A stretch of DNA of 64,000 nt, from the NCBI GenBank assembly GCA_013265495.1, contig MU058241.1:1427249-1491248 (forward strand), read 5' to 3'. Source of the stretch: Vicugna vicugna. Its lineage: Eukaryota. Below, one piece after another: positions 1-13,333 of the stretch. A program made the position numbers and the translations under genes. Numbering within the stretch: position 1 is the first letter of the stretch; each line of letters begins with the position of its first letter. A model generated the notes under the pieces. The model was not told the origin of the DNA, searched no databases, and saw only the letters and a program-made list of their open reading frames with translations.

Positions 1-470
1 TAGGCAAACAAGACTACCCTCCTTAATATGAGTGGACCTTATCCAATCTGCTGAAGGCTATACCTGCTCAAAACTGAAGGTTCCTGGAGAAGAAGGAATT
101 CTGTCTTAAGACTGTAACATAGAAATCCTGCCTGATTTTCCAGCCTGCCCAACAGATTTCAGACTCAAGAACACAACACCAATTCCCTATGTGAGTTTCC
201 AGCCTGAGCGTCAGCCCTGAAGACAGAACTTAGACTCAAGGAGACTCAGACTGTAACATCAACTCCTGCCTGAGTCTCCAGCCAGCCATCCTATGCTTTG
301 GAATTTGAACTTGGCAAGTCCTGCAACTACATGAACCAATTCCTTAAAATAAATCTCTCTCTCACATATATGTGTGTGCATATATATAAAGTAATAGATG
401 TGTGTCTCTGTGTGTGCGTTTCTGGATAATATATATGCATACACCTCCTATTGTTTTGGAGAACCCCAAT
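1..470 (+). mobile_element. ERVL MLT2-type LTR, 3' part, truncated by the window start, with a CA/TA-rich simple tract near its end
   Basis: Contains gaaggaattctg, gaaatcctgcctga, tttccagcctg, aaccaattccttaaaataaatctctct and a terminal cctattg...ggagaaccc, matching my recollection of MLT2 LTR 3' ends. Confidence 0.72.
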
Positions 471-2289
471 GGATGTAGCCCTTCACCTAAGCAAGAAAGC
501 TAGTCTCAGGAAGCAAAAACCTCAGTTACAGAGAGAGTAACTACCGGCACTGCCTAGTGTCCTCATCCTCTCTCCAGGGGACAAGTAATGCGGCTCTACC
601 CCCGATAATTACCCCTCCTCTGCGAGAACAGCCAAAGACTTGCTTCTCAAGGTTGCTTCAATCCAGTGGGTTCAGGGCACCTGGAGACTTCCCAATGCCC
701 CTCTTCCCACGCTGCCCTCGAATATGAAATGTTGGGGGAGCATCCAGTCTGCTTATCAATGACATGCCGTGCTGTTAATTCATGCCGGAGGCTGGTACAT
801 TCTGGCCACTCCTGGGAATGCCCACCCCGGGGAAAGAGGAAACATACATCTGAGGACTCCCAGCCAGACTTCACAAATCTTTTCCCAAGCAAGACTCATA
901 AATAAACATAAGCAGTCGCCAAAATGCAGCCAGACAGCAGGGCAGTGCTCTAGAAGAACAGCATTATTGTAGAGCGTAGCAGACCGTCAATGCAGGGTGC
1001 CCCCGGGAAGCCCAATGAAGCAAGAAGTAATGGGGAGGGGGGCGCAAATTAATTTCCTTCCTTCCAAGATAGATGAAACAGCTTTTCTTAAAACAATACT
1101 ATTTCTCTTCTTCTTTAGGAAAATTGGTTTTGGTTCCCTGGGTGGATAATAATTAAAAACACTGCCTACAAAAGAGATGCCATGGTATACTTGGATGTTT
1201 AAAAACAGAATCTTAAACTAGGGGCATCATCTTCAGGTTTTTGTCTCTGCAAGGAGGTTTCTATTAACAGAGGTAGCTAGTTTCAAAGCTGTTCACCGAG
1301 ACCATTTTCCACGTCTGCCTATATTTTCTTTCATTTCCGTGGGAATCATCACACCTAAACCCTCCAAATTCCTCACTGGGGTTTAGGCCGTTGCTATGAG
1401 CATTACAGGTACTTCTTGGTACACAGAGTATTAGCCTGGACACCAGACAGAGTCCAGGTGAGCTGGGCACCTCTGTACATACCTTATGGATAAGCACAGT
1501 TCAAATCATTCAAAGTTGTTCCTCACAAATAATCATGGCCCAAGGAAGATGAAACATTCTGTCCAAACACCTTGCCTCTGAGAAGAACTGTAGCAAGTTT
1601 TGTGAAGGAATGTTTTCTGCCTCACTTTCAACGTTTTTGCATGGTGAGATTCACACGGCTGCATTACAGAGCTCCGGCAGCAAAGGCAAGCCCCCCGAAT
1701 ACCACAGAATTTACTTCTGTCAATACAGAGGTAATGTTAGCTTTTATGGAAATATTCAACTAGGCTTGAAGGTAGTCATTTCCTCAGCTATCTCTATGTT
1801 TACAGAAAATTACCCTTTAAAGGTAGGTTCAAATCACAGGGTATTTGTTAAACACACCTCTTGGCATGTTTGACGGGAAACAACCTTAATAAACATATGA
1901 TTTCATTCTGCAAAGTCTCTTTCTCTTTTTAATGTAGGAAGAGGCAGAAGACAAAGTACAAAGTCGTATGATGTAAGAGCACCTTTACAATCACCTGAGC
2001 AGTTTTTCCTGATTTCCTTACTGCCACCCCCCCACCCCCTTTCCATTCTTATTTCTTAATGCTGCAGATACAGCTGGCACCCACTCTGGTCTCTTTTCCT
2101 TCTGCTCAGTGCCTGTTTTCTTCCTAGAGATAACCAAGTTTGTAAGGTTGGTGTGTAGCTTTCCCGCCGTGTTTTATAGTGGCAGTAATGTGACAGCGCA
2201 TTATTATGTGAATTTACATTTTGGTAAGTACTCATCAGGCTCATTCTTCTCCACAAATCGGTCTGTCCCCTCTCCCCACTTTTAGACAG

Positions 2290-2470
2290 GGTGGCTGGTC
2301 TTTCATATTGAAGTGGAGCAATTCCTTACAGATCTCAGATACAAATCCTTAGTCACTTGTATCTGTTGCAAACTATATATCACCCACCTGCATGTTTGCT
2401 GGTTGCATTTATGATGTCCTTTGAATGCAGACGGGTATCATTTAGATGCAGTCACATTTACTTTCTTTAG
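2290..2470 (-). mobile_element. Old LINE-1 (L1M) fragment
   Basis: ttccttacagatctcagatacaaatccttagtcacttgtatctgttgcaaa...atgatgtcctttgaatgcag resembles degraded antisense L1 ORF2 3' sequence. Confidence 0.45.
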
Positions 2471-5400
2471 GGACGGAATCTCTGCACTTATGTCCCAGGC
2501 ACTGAACCAGCATCCTATGCAGTGGACAGAGAAAAGGGGAGGGGGGCGGTTCAACAATCTGACACGTATATAATGCTCTCATCCCATGTCTCGTAACCGT
2601 CACGTGCCTTGTTTCATCAATTCACAAGCCTCTTGGGGTTGAACCACTAACTCTTTGCCCTAATAGCCCTCAACAAGCATCTAATAAAAGGGTCCTCTCT
2701 TCCACACCAGCTACTACCTGTCCGACTCGTTTCCTACGTGCAGAATTCCTGAGTTTTCCTCAAACCTATACTCCACTATTATCTTGACCATTTTCAAGCT
2801 TTTCCTGTCATTAAGGGGACGGATAAGATAAACAAGTGTGATCCACTCAACCCCTTTCAATGCAAAGACCACGCACTTACTCCCAGCTCAAGACTTCTTC
2901 CAATGAACAGCCTCTTTCCTTTGCAAAGACAAGCGGTGGGGAGCTGTCCAAGGTTCCCAGCTAGTTTATAGAGCTACTCTTAGACACTCTGATTGGCTAC
3001 AGAGTAAAACTGTGCTTAAAATACGAAATGGCCAACTACCACTTGTCTCTTCAAGTATGTTTCCACTAACACTTGCTGATATGGAAAGCAAACATACTAT
3101 GCTGTGTTTTCTATTTCTGCAAGTGTATTAACAGGTTGATGTATTTCTTTAAAACTACGTATATTTATGACTGTACAACACTGCATTTCACATATGCCAT
3201 TATTTGCATAATCATCCCCTTATTGTTGGACCAATTTAAAATCAGTCTATTAATTTTAGTGGTTCTAGAAGTGTGTATTTAACCTTTATCATAATAACAT
3301 AAGGCTACCTTATAAAGTCAGATTCCCTGACACTACACAAGGATTGCTGCTTATGAATCTCTGATATTGAGGCTGAAAATTCAACACTTTAGTTGAGGTA
3401 CATATACCTCAAATTTTTAAAAATCATGGTTTCACTGTGTACTTGATATTTTCATGATGTTTGTCCAGCACTTTAATAGGGTAGTTTATAGAAGAAATTG
3501 ATGATCAGAGGCTGAAAACTGAAGCAGAGAGACCATCAAAGTGTATGAAATCAAGTATCTTTCTCCCTGACTACTCCACTGAGCTCTACTTCCAGAGTCC
3601 TCACTTAACCATGAACCCTCATCAATGTTCCGCCATCACCAAAAACTCAAAATGTTTGAAACCAGGAATGAATTTCCAGTTATGGCAGGGACAGGGACCA
3701 TAAACGAAGCTCTGTGGGGACAACAGATGTGGCTTGTGAGTGCTGGGGGTGGACAGGGCCTTCGGGTGACAGGTGATATTTGAACCAGCCACAGTAGAAC
3801 TCTCTAAGCAACGTCGTGAGGTGGCAAAATGCATTCCAGAAGGGGAGATAGCACGAGGAAGGCCATGACAGTTGGGTGAGTGGTGTGTTATACATAAGCC
3901 AGGGACAATAAGAGGACTGGCCATAGGAAAGGGGAGAAGCCATGTCTGAAATTCCAGTATTTAACTTACCATGAGGGCACTGATTTCACCCCGACAGATC
4001 TACATTCTGGGAAGCAGCATGGCGCCACTGCAGGTTTCTGCCCAGGCAAATGGCGTCTGCTGCCTGATCCAGGTTATGGCGGCTGAACGGACCCATGTAC
4101 TGAGTATGACGCTCTCCAGGTGCAAAAGGATGAGCACTTGACTGCGGCTTCACATTGTAAGATGGAGAAATGGAGAAGAGACTCAGAGACATTTGGCACT
4201 ACTGTGAAGTTGGCCACCTTGCCAGAAAACTATTACAGTGTGCCTGCTAAGTGACTAGTTATCTCCGTTAAGCTGTCTTACTCAAGTGACAAGCATAAAA
4301 TATTCATCTAATGTTTCCAAATTCCTTCAGTTTCTCATTCAAGACTGACTTATCTATTCCTTAGATAAGTCACAGCTTCCTCCCACTTGTATCTTAACCA
4401 TGTTGAAAATCCACGCACCTTTCATTTTTGGACGCCCATCGGTACGTAATCTAAGCCATCGTTCTGATGCCTGCCTCCTTCGGGGCCATTTCATCGATTA
4501 TGGATAATGCTACTGGCCAGAGCAAAATGGAAATTAAAGCAGCCAGCACTGAATCTAGTGAAACTGGTTACCTGGTAACAATGTTTGCACAAATATTGAG
4601 ATGGAAGGGTTTAAGACTACTGAACAAAATTAAGGCTCTGACTACCTGGAGATTTCATTTACTCTTGTTCCTGTTTCTAACGTTAGCATAAATCACAGAG
4701 CTGTATGCGCACGAAAAACAAGCTGTACTTCTTGTCGCGAGTACCACATTTGTGTCACCGTGAAACGGTGGTATTTCCCTGGGGATGTTCATGAAGCAAT
4801 GAGAATCTACCTCACGGGATGAGTAATGTCTAACTGTTCACAGTTTTCTTAAAATCAATTTTTTTTCTTTAGTTGGAGTGTTTCAGCTTGCCTGTTGGTC
4901 AAAAGAGACAGAAACTGACTCATAACCCAATTAATTAGAAAAGAACAAGAGAGAAGTTCTCTTCAAGCTCATCATATTTGGAGTGGAGACCATCTGTAGA
5001 CACCTAAGCAAGATGAAGCGGCCAGAATCCTTGAAGGACAAGATTTCTCCTCCATCTGTAACCTACTCATCACCCTTTGTGGATGAGAGAAAGCCTGTTT
5101 TGCTAGTCTCCCTGACTTACGGACTGCAACCCCCCTACTGGCATGGAGTAGATGTCTTCTCCTATCTCCCTAACAACAGAAAATATATTTCGAATTATTA
5201 TTCGTCATTACTGGTCATTTATTAAATAATAAATGATTTAATCTGCCAAAGCACACAGAAGTAGGACAGCCAAAACTGCCTGAGCAAACACTCTGAAATT
5301 CATTTTGGCCTTATGAGATTTCATTAGCTGTGTACACTGCACCTGTCTCAACAGCATGACAGATAAAAGAACGAATCTCTACACGGAGACGTGTTCTTTA

Positions 5401-5539
5401 TTACTTTTACATAACAATGTTGGACACATCAGACTTACAACAATCTCCTAAGCCTACTCGTCTCAAGCCAGGTCTCCAGAAATGGCCTCTAAGAACAAGA
5501 TATATATGAAAGGGGTTGTTTAAGAAAGTAGCCAGGAAA

Positions 5540-6345
5540 GAGAACTTCTCAATCAAATAAAGAATATCTACAGATAAAATCGTACTTAATTGTTAAACAT
5601 CATGATCTTTCTCAAAGACTGGGAACAAAAGAAGTCTACTCTAAGTATCTCTAATCAACACCGTACTGGAGGTTCTAAGGCAAGAGAGAGAGATAAAAGG
5701 CACAAAAATGGAAAGGAAGAAGTCAAATTATATTTAAAATTATTTCTTTCATGAAGTTTACTAAATAATCCATCAAACAAACACTACAATATGTCATTTA
5801 TCAAGATCTTAGAAATATAAAGTCAATACTCAAAAATCATTTGTCAGGGGGAAGGTAAAGCTCAGTGGTAGAGCACATGCTTAGCATGCATGAGGTCCTG
5901 GGTTCAATCCCCACTACCTCCATTTTTAAAAAATGTTTTTTAATTTTAAAAAGTCGTGTGTATTTCTATATGCTAGTAGCATACAACTGGAAAAGGACAT
6001 TGAAAAAACCATCATCATTTACACTGTTATCACCCACCAAAAATGCTTAGGTATAAATTTAATAAAAGTTGCCCAGGATCTCTCTACTGAAAACTACAAA
6101 ATACTGCTCAGAGAAATTAACAAAGACATAAATTAATGGGGAGACTTATCATTTTCAAGGATTGTAAGATTTCTTCTTATTTTTGACATGTCAATTTCCC
6201 CGCCCCCAAATGACGCATAGATTCAATGTTATCCAAGTATAAGCCATTAGGAGCTTCTTTGTAGGAATTCTTAAGCAGACTCTAAGATTTATACGAAAAT
6301 GCAAACAACTTAGATCCTCCAAGCCATCTTGAAAATAAGAGCAAG
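5540..6345 (+). mobile_element. Old LINE-1 ORF2 fragment, decayed and interrupted by a SINE
   Basis: caacaccgtactggaggttcta, gaaaggaagaagtcaaatta, aaatgcttaggtataaattt, gatctctctactgaaaactacaaaatactg and gaaattaacaaagacataaattaatgg are L1 ORF2 landmarks. Confidence 0.78.
5845..5950 (+). mobile_element. tRNA-derived SINE (camelid vic-1-like)
   Basis: gctcagtggtagagc (A box) ... gggttcaatcccc (B box) in a tRNA-like 73-nt body followed by an A/T-rich tail. It splits the L1 motif aaaaatca-ttgtatttcta, with an imperfect duplication on either side. Confidence 0.8.
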
Positions 6346-6919
6346 TCTCCCAGCACTTGAAAACTGCAGAGAATGTGCTTCCAATAGCCTGACTAAGGTC
6401 TCAGCAGACAGTTCTCCCAAAGAAGATTGCAAATGGGAGTGTCAGAACTGAAGCGCACGAAATCGGAGGAGAGGCACTCAGAACCAAAGGTATGAGTTAC
6501 TTACTGGCAGGACAGAACTGTCTTTTCCTCTGTTGGTGAAGACCATCAACAGGTCTCAGGAGGAAGCTCGTGAGTTTAATACAGAACATGTTAAGGGAGA
6601 GGCGCCTGTAAGACCTTCCAGCGGAAAATGTTGAGAGGAAAAATTCTATGAGCCTGGATTTCAGGGTGAGGGTCTTATGGTGTGAGAGTCAAAATCACAG
6701 AGTAAACCTGTAAACTTGAGATGAGGTTAAATCATCAGGGGAGTGAATGGGGATGGAAAGCAACTGTCCAAAGCAGGAACACGGGGGCACATGCCGACTT
6801 TCAGGATCAGGAGAGGACAAACCACTTAAGGAGATTGATAGCAACTGACCAGAGCAGACAGAAGACAATCAGCAAAGCATGTTTCCTTGGAATCCAAGTA
6901 AAGGAGAATTTTATCAAGT

Positions 6920-7085
6920 AGGAGGGAGTATTTAACAATGTCCAACAGTGTTAATGGATCAGATAAAATGAGGGTGAAGGACTGCCCGTTAGATTTACTA
7001 TGAGGATGATCACTGGCAATCTTGACAGGGCGAGTTTTGTTGACACTGGGAAAAATTCAACTAGAATGGGTTCAAGAGTGAACAG
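6920..7085 (-). mobile_element. LINE-2 fragment
   Basis: gataaaatgagggtgaaggactgcccgttagattt...cactggcaatcttgacagggcgagtttt...gggttcaagagtgaa resembles antisense L2. Confidence 0.45.
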
Positions 7086-7132
7086 GCATTTAAAAATAAA
7101 TCATATAAATGCACATGCTTTATATTTTAATT

Positions 7133-7496
7133 CAGCTGACCCTTGAACAACAAGAGTTTAAACTAGGTGGGTCCACCTGTACGCAGATTTATTTTCAATA
7201 AATATATCGGAAAAATGTGCAGAGATTCACAGAAATTTGAAAAAACTCGCAGATGAACTGCGTAGCATAGAAATATCGAGAAGATTACAGGAGAGGTCTA
7301 TCATGAATGCATAAAATATGTGTAGGTAGACATGTAACATACACAGTTAAGTATGAATCAACTTTATGGTATCAGTAAGGCTTCCAGGCAACAGCTGGCT
7401 ATTAACAGTTACGCTCTGGGGAAGTCAAATTATACACTGATTTTCGACTATACCAGGTGTCAGTACCTCTAACCTCTGTGTTATTCAAATCAACTA
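7133..7496. mobile_element. Tigger2-family (TcMar) non-autonomous DNA transposon
   Basis: Left end cagctgacccttgaacaac..gagtttaaact..gtgggtccac..tacgcagattt and right end ttttcgact...ctaacctctgtgttattcaaatcaact form degenerate Tigger2 terminal inverted repeats, followed by ta. Confidence 0.8.
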
Positions 7497-9299
7497 TATA
7501 TGGATGCCATGTTTTCTAGTAAAGATAAAGAAATATTAATTGCCATTTTAAGCTAACTGGGACAGATTTTTAATCTTTGAGGAAAACAAAGTTGTAAGGC
7601 CAAAGGTATTGTTCCACAGGATAAATTTCCCCTAAATCTTCAGGTAACAGAGAAGACATACTCAAAGGCAAAATATTTATCTGCCAGCATTGAGGACCAA
7701 GTTCATTCACAGTAGGATCCAGATGAGGAAAGAACTGATAAATCTTCCTATGAGGATATTTCAATAAAAGGGGATTTGGCAGCCTCGCAGAAGATTTTAG
7801 TCACAAAAAAGGTTGATGTTCCCAGAAGTGCCAACACAGGCAAAAGAAGACAAGAAATCCAGGGTACCAAGTCAAAGGGCAGAGAGCTGTAGGAGTAAGT
7901 CTGTCAGGCTGCAGAGACGGAGCACATGGAGGTCCGAGAGATAAATTTAAGGGTTAGCACAGACTAAGCAGAGACAGAAGAAGAGGCTGAGAGATCAAAA
8001 GACAGAGCAGAATGAATCCTGAGAACACTGTGTTTCTGTCTCTGTGCTCCTCTCAGTCAGGACTGTCAATTACTGTCAATTACCTTAGGTTAGTTTTTTT
8101 CTCCAAGGTTCCTGTACACAGGAGAAAAGTGAACTGAGAAAAGGAAAACATGAAATGAATGCATCCTGTAATCATGAGACACGCTATCATATTTCAGTCG
8201 GCCTGGAGCACGAACAGGTACCATTTTGCTTCAGAGGGTGGTTCAGAATAGAAATAGCTATTGGGTAAAGGTGTCTGTGTGCTTTCTCTGCTGTTCCTGG
8301 TCCTGAACACGTAGGGACAGAGAGAGTCAGTGAGGGCCAAATCTGTACCTGTCAGCTCTGATTTATAAGGTACAAGACAGGTCTGAATTGTCCTTGTCAG
8401 TCACCGACCGAGCATCTGACAACATGGGGCAGGTCGAACACAGCCCTGTGGATGCAGTACCTGGATTCATTCGTCCCTTGCAAAGGATGTTCTCCGCTTA
8501 AACAGGTAATCTACTTTTGCATGTCAGTGAATCTAAGCTTTATAGACCAAACCTTGATCAGTTGCTCAGGGCTCTTCTCTGTGGACACTCAAATCATTTT
8601 AGGGACCTGCAGTTTTGTGTCAGTTTGTAAAAGACTAAAATATCTAATTGGTTTTTAAAAAGAAATCAATAATTGTAAACCATGGTGTCAAGAATTAGAG
8701 AAAGATTAATTGCAGGTGGTCCTTGTGTAGGGCGAATTAACAACCCCAGAGAGCTAGGTTCTAGCAATTAATAAAACAACTGGCCGAAAGATTTACATTA
8801 GTGTTTAAAGGTCAGTCCCTGACGATGAAGGTGTGTCCTATTCATTAGGAAAAGGAGAGTCCAGAGAGCTGCTATAAACTGCTCCTGGTCCTGCATGATT
8901 ATAGCAGCCTTTCCCCTGGCAAAAACCTACACAAGGAAGGGCACAGTCGCCCAGCAGCGATGGACATGGAGTGTCCTTGACAAACACTGCTCAGTAATTG
9001 CACGACTGTTCGACTCTTGCAGGAACCATAACTCGGGCTGTGGGAAGCACACACGCTGCCCCACTTTCAATCATCCAGAAACAACGACTTCTTGTCCAGA
9101 AATCCAGGAAAACTGACAGGGGCAGTGAGACACCTAGAAGACTTCTCTCTCTTATAAAATCTACATGTTTCAATTCAAGTTCTTCATCGAGAGATGCTGC
9201 TGACATGCCTGAAGTTAAGATGGTGAGAGTTCCAATTTGGAAATGAAGAAGGAAAGAATAGATTGGTATCAAAACACTCAACTTTAAAGGATGGATTCT

Positions 9300-9660
9300 G
9301 GGGATGGAGCCAAGACGGCAGAGTAGAGAGACTCACAGCTCACCCTCTCCCACAAATACACCAAGAATGACGCCTACAAACCCATCGAATCACACGGAAC
9401 ACCTACTGAACTCTGGGAGGCTGTCTCTCGTTCTCAAATACAGGAGGATTCTCACAAAATCCGATAAACAACAAGTTTCTACTGTACAGCACAGGAAAAC
9501 TATATTCAGTATCTTGTAGTCACCTATGGTGAGAAAGACTATGAGAACAAATGTATGTATGTTCCTACGTGACTGAAACATTATGCTGTACACCAGAAAC
9601 TGACACAATATTGTAAACTGACTGTACTTCAGTAAAAATACATAAAAAATTTAAAAAATA
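9300..9660 (+). mobile_element. Internally deleted LINE-1: about 160 bp of the L1 5' end joined directly to about 200 bp of the L1 3' UTR and A-tail
   Basis: 9300-9462 (ggggatggagccaagacggcagagta...ctctcccacaaatacac...gaacacctactgaac) resembles a cetartiodactyl L1 5' terminus. 9463-9660 matches the L1 3' tails at 15440-15640 and 23430-23730. Flanks aaaggatggattct (9286-9299) and aaataacggattct (9656-9669) form an 11/14 target-site duplication. Confidence 0.75.
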
Positions 9661-9744
9661 ACGGATTCTAAAAAATATATAATACAGTGCGTATAATTTA
9701 CACTGTAGCTTCCATTAAAAGGTAAGTCAGCATAGCTTGATCAT

Positions 9745-10320
9745 TTTTTCTGCACAGATACGTCCCTGCAACCAAATCCAAGATTAATATACAGAACGTT
9801 GCCCTCACCACCTAAAAGCTCCCGTATTTTCCTTTCCAATCGGCATCTCCTCAAAGTCCACCACTGCCCTGGAGGTTCCTATCAGACATCCTGAATGTTT
9901 TGGAAATTCCTGACAGTGGAAACAGATGTGTCCTCGTCTGTGTCTTGCTTCTATTGCTCCATACTGTATTTGTGATATTCATTCAGATTCCTGCATGAAG
10001 CAGTTATTCCCTTTTTTAATAGGTAATATTCCAGTTGAAAAATACAGAACAATTCAATTATCTAATGCTGGACATCTGGGGTCTCTCCAGTTTGTGGGCA
10101 CAATGAACAGAGTTCCTGTAAACGGTTCCGTCCGAGTCCTTTGGTGGGAATATGTGTCCACTTCTCATGGACACAAACCTAGAGTTCCTGACTTGCAGAG
10201 TGGGCACATTTTCAGCTGAAATTGATACTACCCAATGATTTTTTTTATAACAATGTATAAACCCCACCAATTATGTATGAGTTGCCTCCTTTCTCACCAA
10301 TACTTGGCATTTTCTTTTCA
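9745..10320 (-). mobile_element. Old LINE-1 (L1MC/ME-like) 3' end
   Basis: tgtgtcttgcttctattgctc, gatattcattca, ggacatctgggg..tctccagttt, caatgtataa and caccaatacttggcatt are typical antisense L1M 3' UTR landmarks. Confidence 0.65.
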
Positions 10321-11179
10321 CTTTATCCAGTCTGGTAGGTTAAAATAGCGTATTTTTGATGCATGAGTTAAAATATCATATTTTTGATGCATATTTGGTT
10401 ACATGAAGGTTATGTTAGAATACTGAGTTACTTCCGTATTTCTCAAATTGAAGAAATCTCGCGAAATATGAATTAAATACTCTGGCTTGACATTACAGAT
10501 GATGTCTCAGATTAGTTAACATGTTAAAATGACAAAAAAAAAATGTTCAAGGCTTACGTTGCTTTTCACTGCACTTAGTGTGAGCAGGACCTGGTTACAA
10601 TTTCCATCCAATGCTCCAGATCATACCACCCTTCAGGCTTACTAAGCCTGCCCCATTTTTATCTCATTTTATTCCCAGATGTTTAGGAACTTGACAGATA
10701 CTTGCTTATTTGCATGTTTCAATGTTTAAGGTAGATACACACTTCCTGCACTTGCTCCTCTTCTGTTTTTTGCTCTACATACTCTCCCTGAATGATCTCA
10801 GGGAGCCCATTTTCTTGGTGTTAAAAACAAAAACAAAAAAACACCAGGAGACATAGAGCTCCCACAACAAACCTCGGGTCTCATGAAATCCCATACAAAG
10901 GAACCCTGGTGTTTTAAGTGCCTTTGGCATGGTTATAGACCCTGAACCAAACACGGGAACACTGAGCTGATACGCACTTGACTTACATATGCACATGTTA
11001 GTGTAGCTAAAAGGACCTTAGACTTTTTCAGGTAATACAGTCCCTTTGATTAGCACTTTAGAATGAAAGAGTATGAACTCAAGGTGTTTCCATTGAAATC
11101 TTTAAAATAAATATTTACTGATTATTTTACGAAGGTAAGAGAAAGCTTAATGTAATATTCATATGTAACATTCATCCAT

Positions 11180-11285
11180 TTTTAAATTCATTCCACAAAT
11201 ATTTATTGAGAACCTACCACATATGCTGGGGGAACAAAGTCTCAGCCTTCAATGAACGTTTTATCTAGTGGAGGAGACCGAAATT
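11180..11285 (-). mobile_element. LINE-2 3' end fragment
   Basis: ttcattccacaaatatttattgagaacctac...tgctgggggaacaaagtctcagccttc..tctagtggaggagac. Confidence 0.5.
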
Positions 11286-13333
11286 AAATCAAGTAACCGA
11301 CTATTTAACATAAGTTAATTATACCTTCAGGCCACTTGGTTATACACTAGAAATCGGAGATCATTAAAATGTAACTCAAACCGCTCATTGATTTTATAAG
11401 ATTTTAAATTAAACATTTCGATGGATCATTAGAAAAATTCATCCCAAATCAGGAATTTCGAACGTCAGCATTTAGTCTATCGTCCACCAAGACGTGCTGC
11501 ATTTTGGATGAAAACTTGACACGAAGAGTCAGCTTCACACAGAGGTTGCTGACTGGTTTGCTGCAACTCTTTACAAGCTCCATTTTCTTGAGAAGCTAAT
11601 TCGAGAAAAGATTTCCGAAAACCCTCAGCCTAAAACAACTGAAGACACTCTCACTGAGCTGTTTCATAAAGAAAAGGCATCCATGAAGTTTTCTGCATCG
11701 CAGTGTGCCAAGCAGGTACAGAATTACCGTCGTCAGCCACTGGGGCTCATTTATGGAAAAGTTTCCGTCTTCACTGGCTTAATTTTTGTTAATTCAGCAG
11801 GTGCTGGGAGCCATTTTGCCGTGTGTTTTTCACAAGTGCATCCCCCCTCCCTCACAGGGCATTCCCTTGGAATACATGACCCATGGAAGTCATTCAGACA
11901 CCATTCCATCCAGCAAACCATTGACACCAAACCCACACGTGTGTTCACAGAGGCTCCAAGCCTTCCCATGAAGACAGTCACTGTGTGGAGACAGTACTCA
12001 GAACCCCTAGGTGAAGGCGAATGAGCTCAGGAATGGCCCTCAGCCCTTCCAAGGAACTCAAGCCCCTGCTGGGGAGACTTCAAACACATTTCCAGAGATT
12101 TTCATGATTAGACATTTTGCTTAAGGTATGCTGAGTTTATATACCTCTAAGCTGCTTCCCCTTGAATAGCACATGTAAGAAATAATGAAGTAAGACATGA
12201 GTTCCACCAGAGGTATACGCTAGTGTGCGCTTCATTGAAATTTAACACTTCACTTACCTTGGAGATGCAGACAGAAAACGCTGCAAATGAAGTTTGTTGC
12301 TGACAATGTGTAACACGCATAAATTCCCTATAACCAACAAATAAGAAATGGTATAATTGTAGGTAATGCTTCTCCGTAACTTACTTCCAAGTGAGTCACT
12401 GCTCTTTATGAAAACATATTGATTTTTCTGAGCTCATGATTTCTCTTATGGAAGAATTTAGTTAAGGAAAAATATAGTTACCACATGCAACTAGCGCTCC
12501 TTACGTATCAGTTTTTCTATTTGTAAAATGAAGATAAGACTGACTTCTTGAAAAGTTAAAGGAAGAAAGCATGGCCAACCCTCACCCGGTGGTCCGCTTC
12601 AGTGAAGCAACAGTCATCTGATTTCCAGGTCCGCGAAGGTATTTTAAGACCAACTAGACCAGAGATCACAAAACTATGGCCCAAATCTTGTCCCCTGCCT
12701 GTGTCTGTAAATACGCATTATCCTGGGACCCAGCCTCCGCCTTTTGCTGACATACTGTCCATCCTGTGACAGCCTTTTTAAGTGCCATCACAGCAGACGG
12801 GTATAGTTCCAACAGAAATGGTATGGTCCATGAAGTATCTGCTGTCTGGCCTTTTAGGAAGAAGTTTGCCTCCAGGTGAACTAGACCAACGTCCCCTTCT
12901 CGTGATGAAGAGACAGATGCCCACATCAATTCAGGGCCCAACCTGAGACCAGGAGGAAAATCCCCTGAAAAACTTCCAAGATCATTTTTGTAACATTTCT
13001 CACGATGAGGTCTGGCCAGAACTACGGTGTTTTGTAGAATAACTGACTTCGATTGGCGCCTTTCAGAGAGGAGGAAGACTGAAATACTGATACTCATTTA
13101 AATATACATAGACATTAATACATATACACATACAATAAGGCTCCTTCCACTGTTTTTTTAGTTACTGTTATGCCACATTAATTAGATAAATGCAGATGTG
13201 GGTAAAGGTTAGTAGGGATGTTCATTTAATTAAGTGCTTTCTGTAGTATTTGGTCTGGGGGTGCAAAGGCGTTTTTCCTTCCCTTGGTGTACACAGGCAC
13301 ATTGAAAGCTCTACTGAAGCTGATTCTATAGAA

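Noticed and set aside
8400-9226. Plus-strand exon candidates 8400-8504 and about 9022-9226, also 21998-22087
   Set aside because: The splice signals are plausible, but the phases do not join into an open frame and the peptides are unrecognised.
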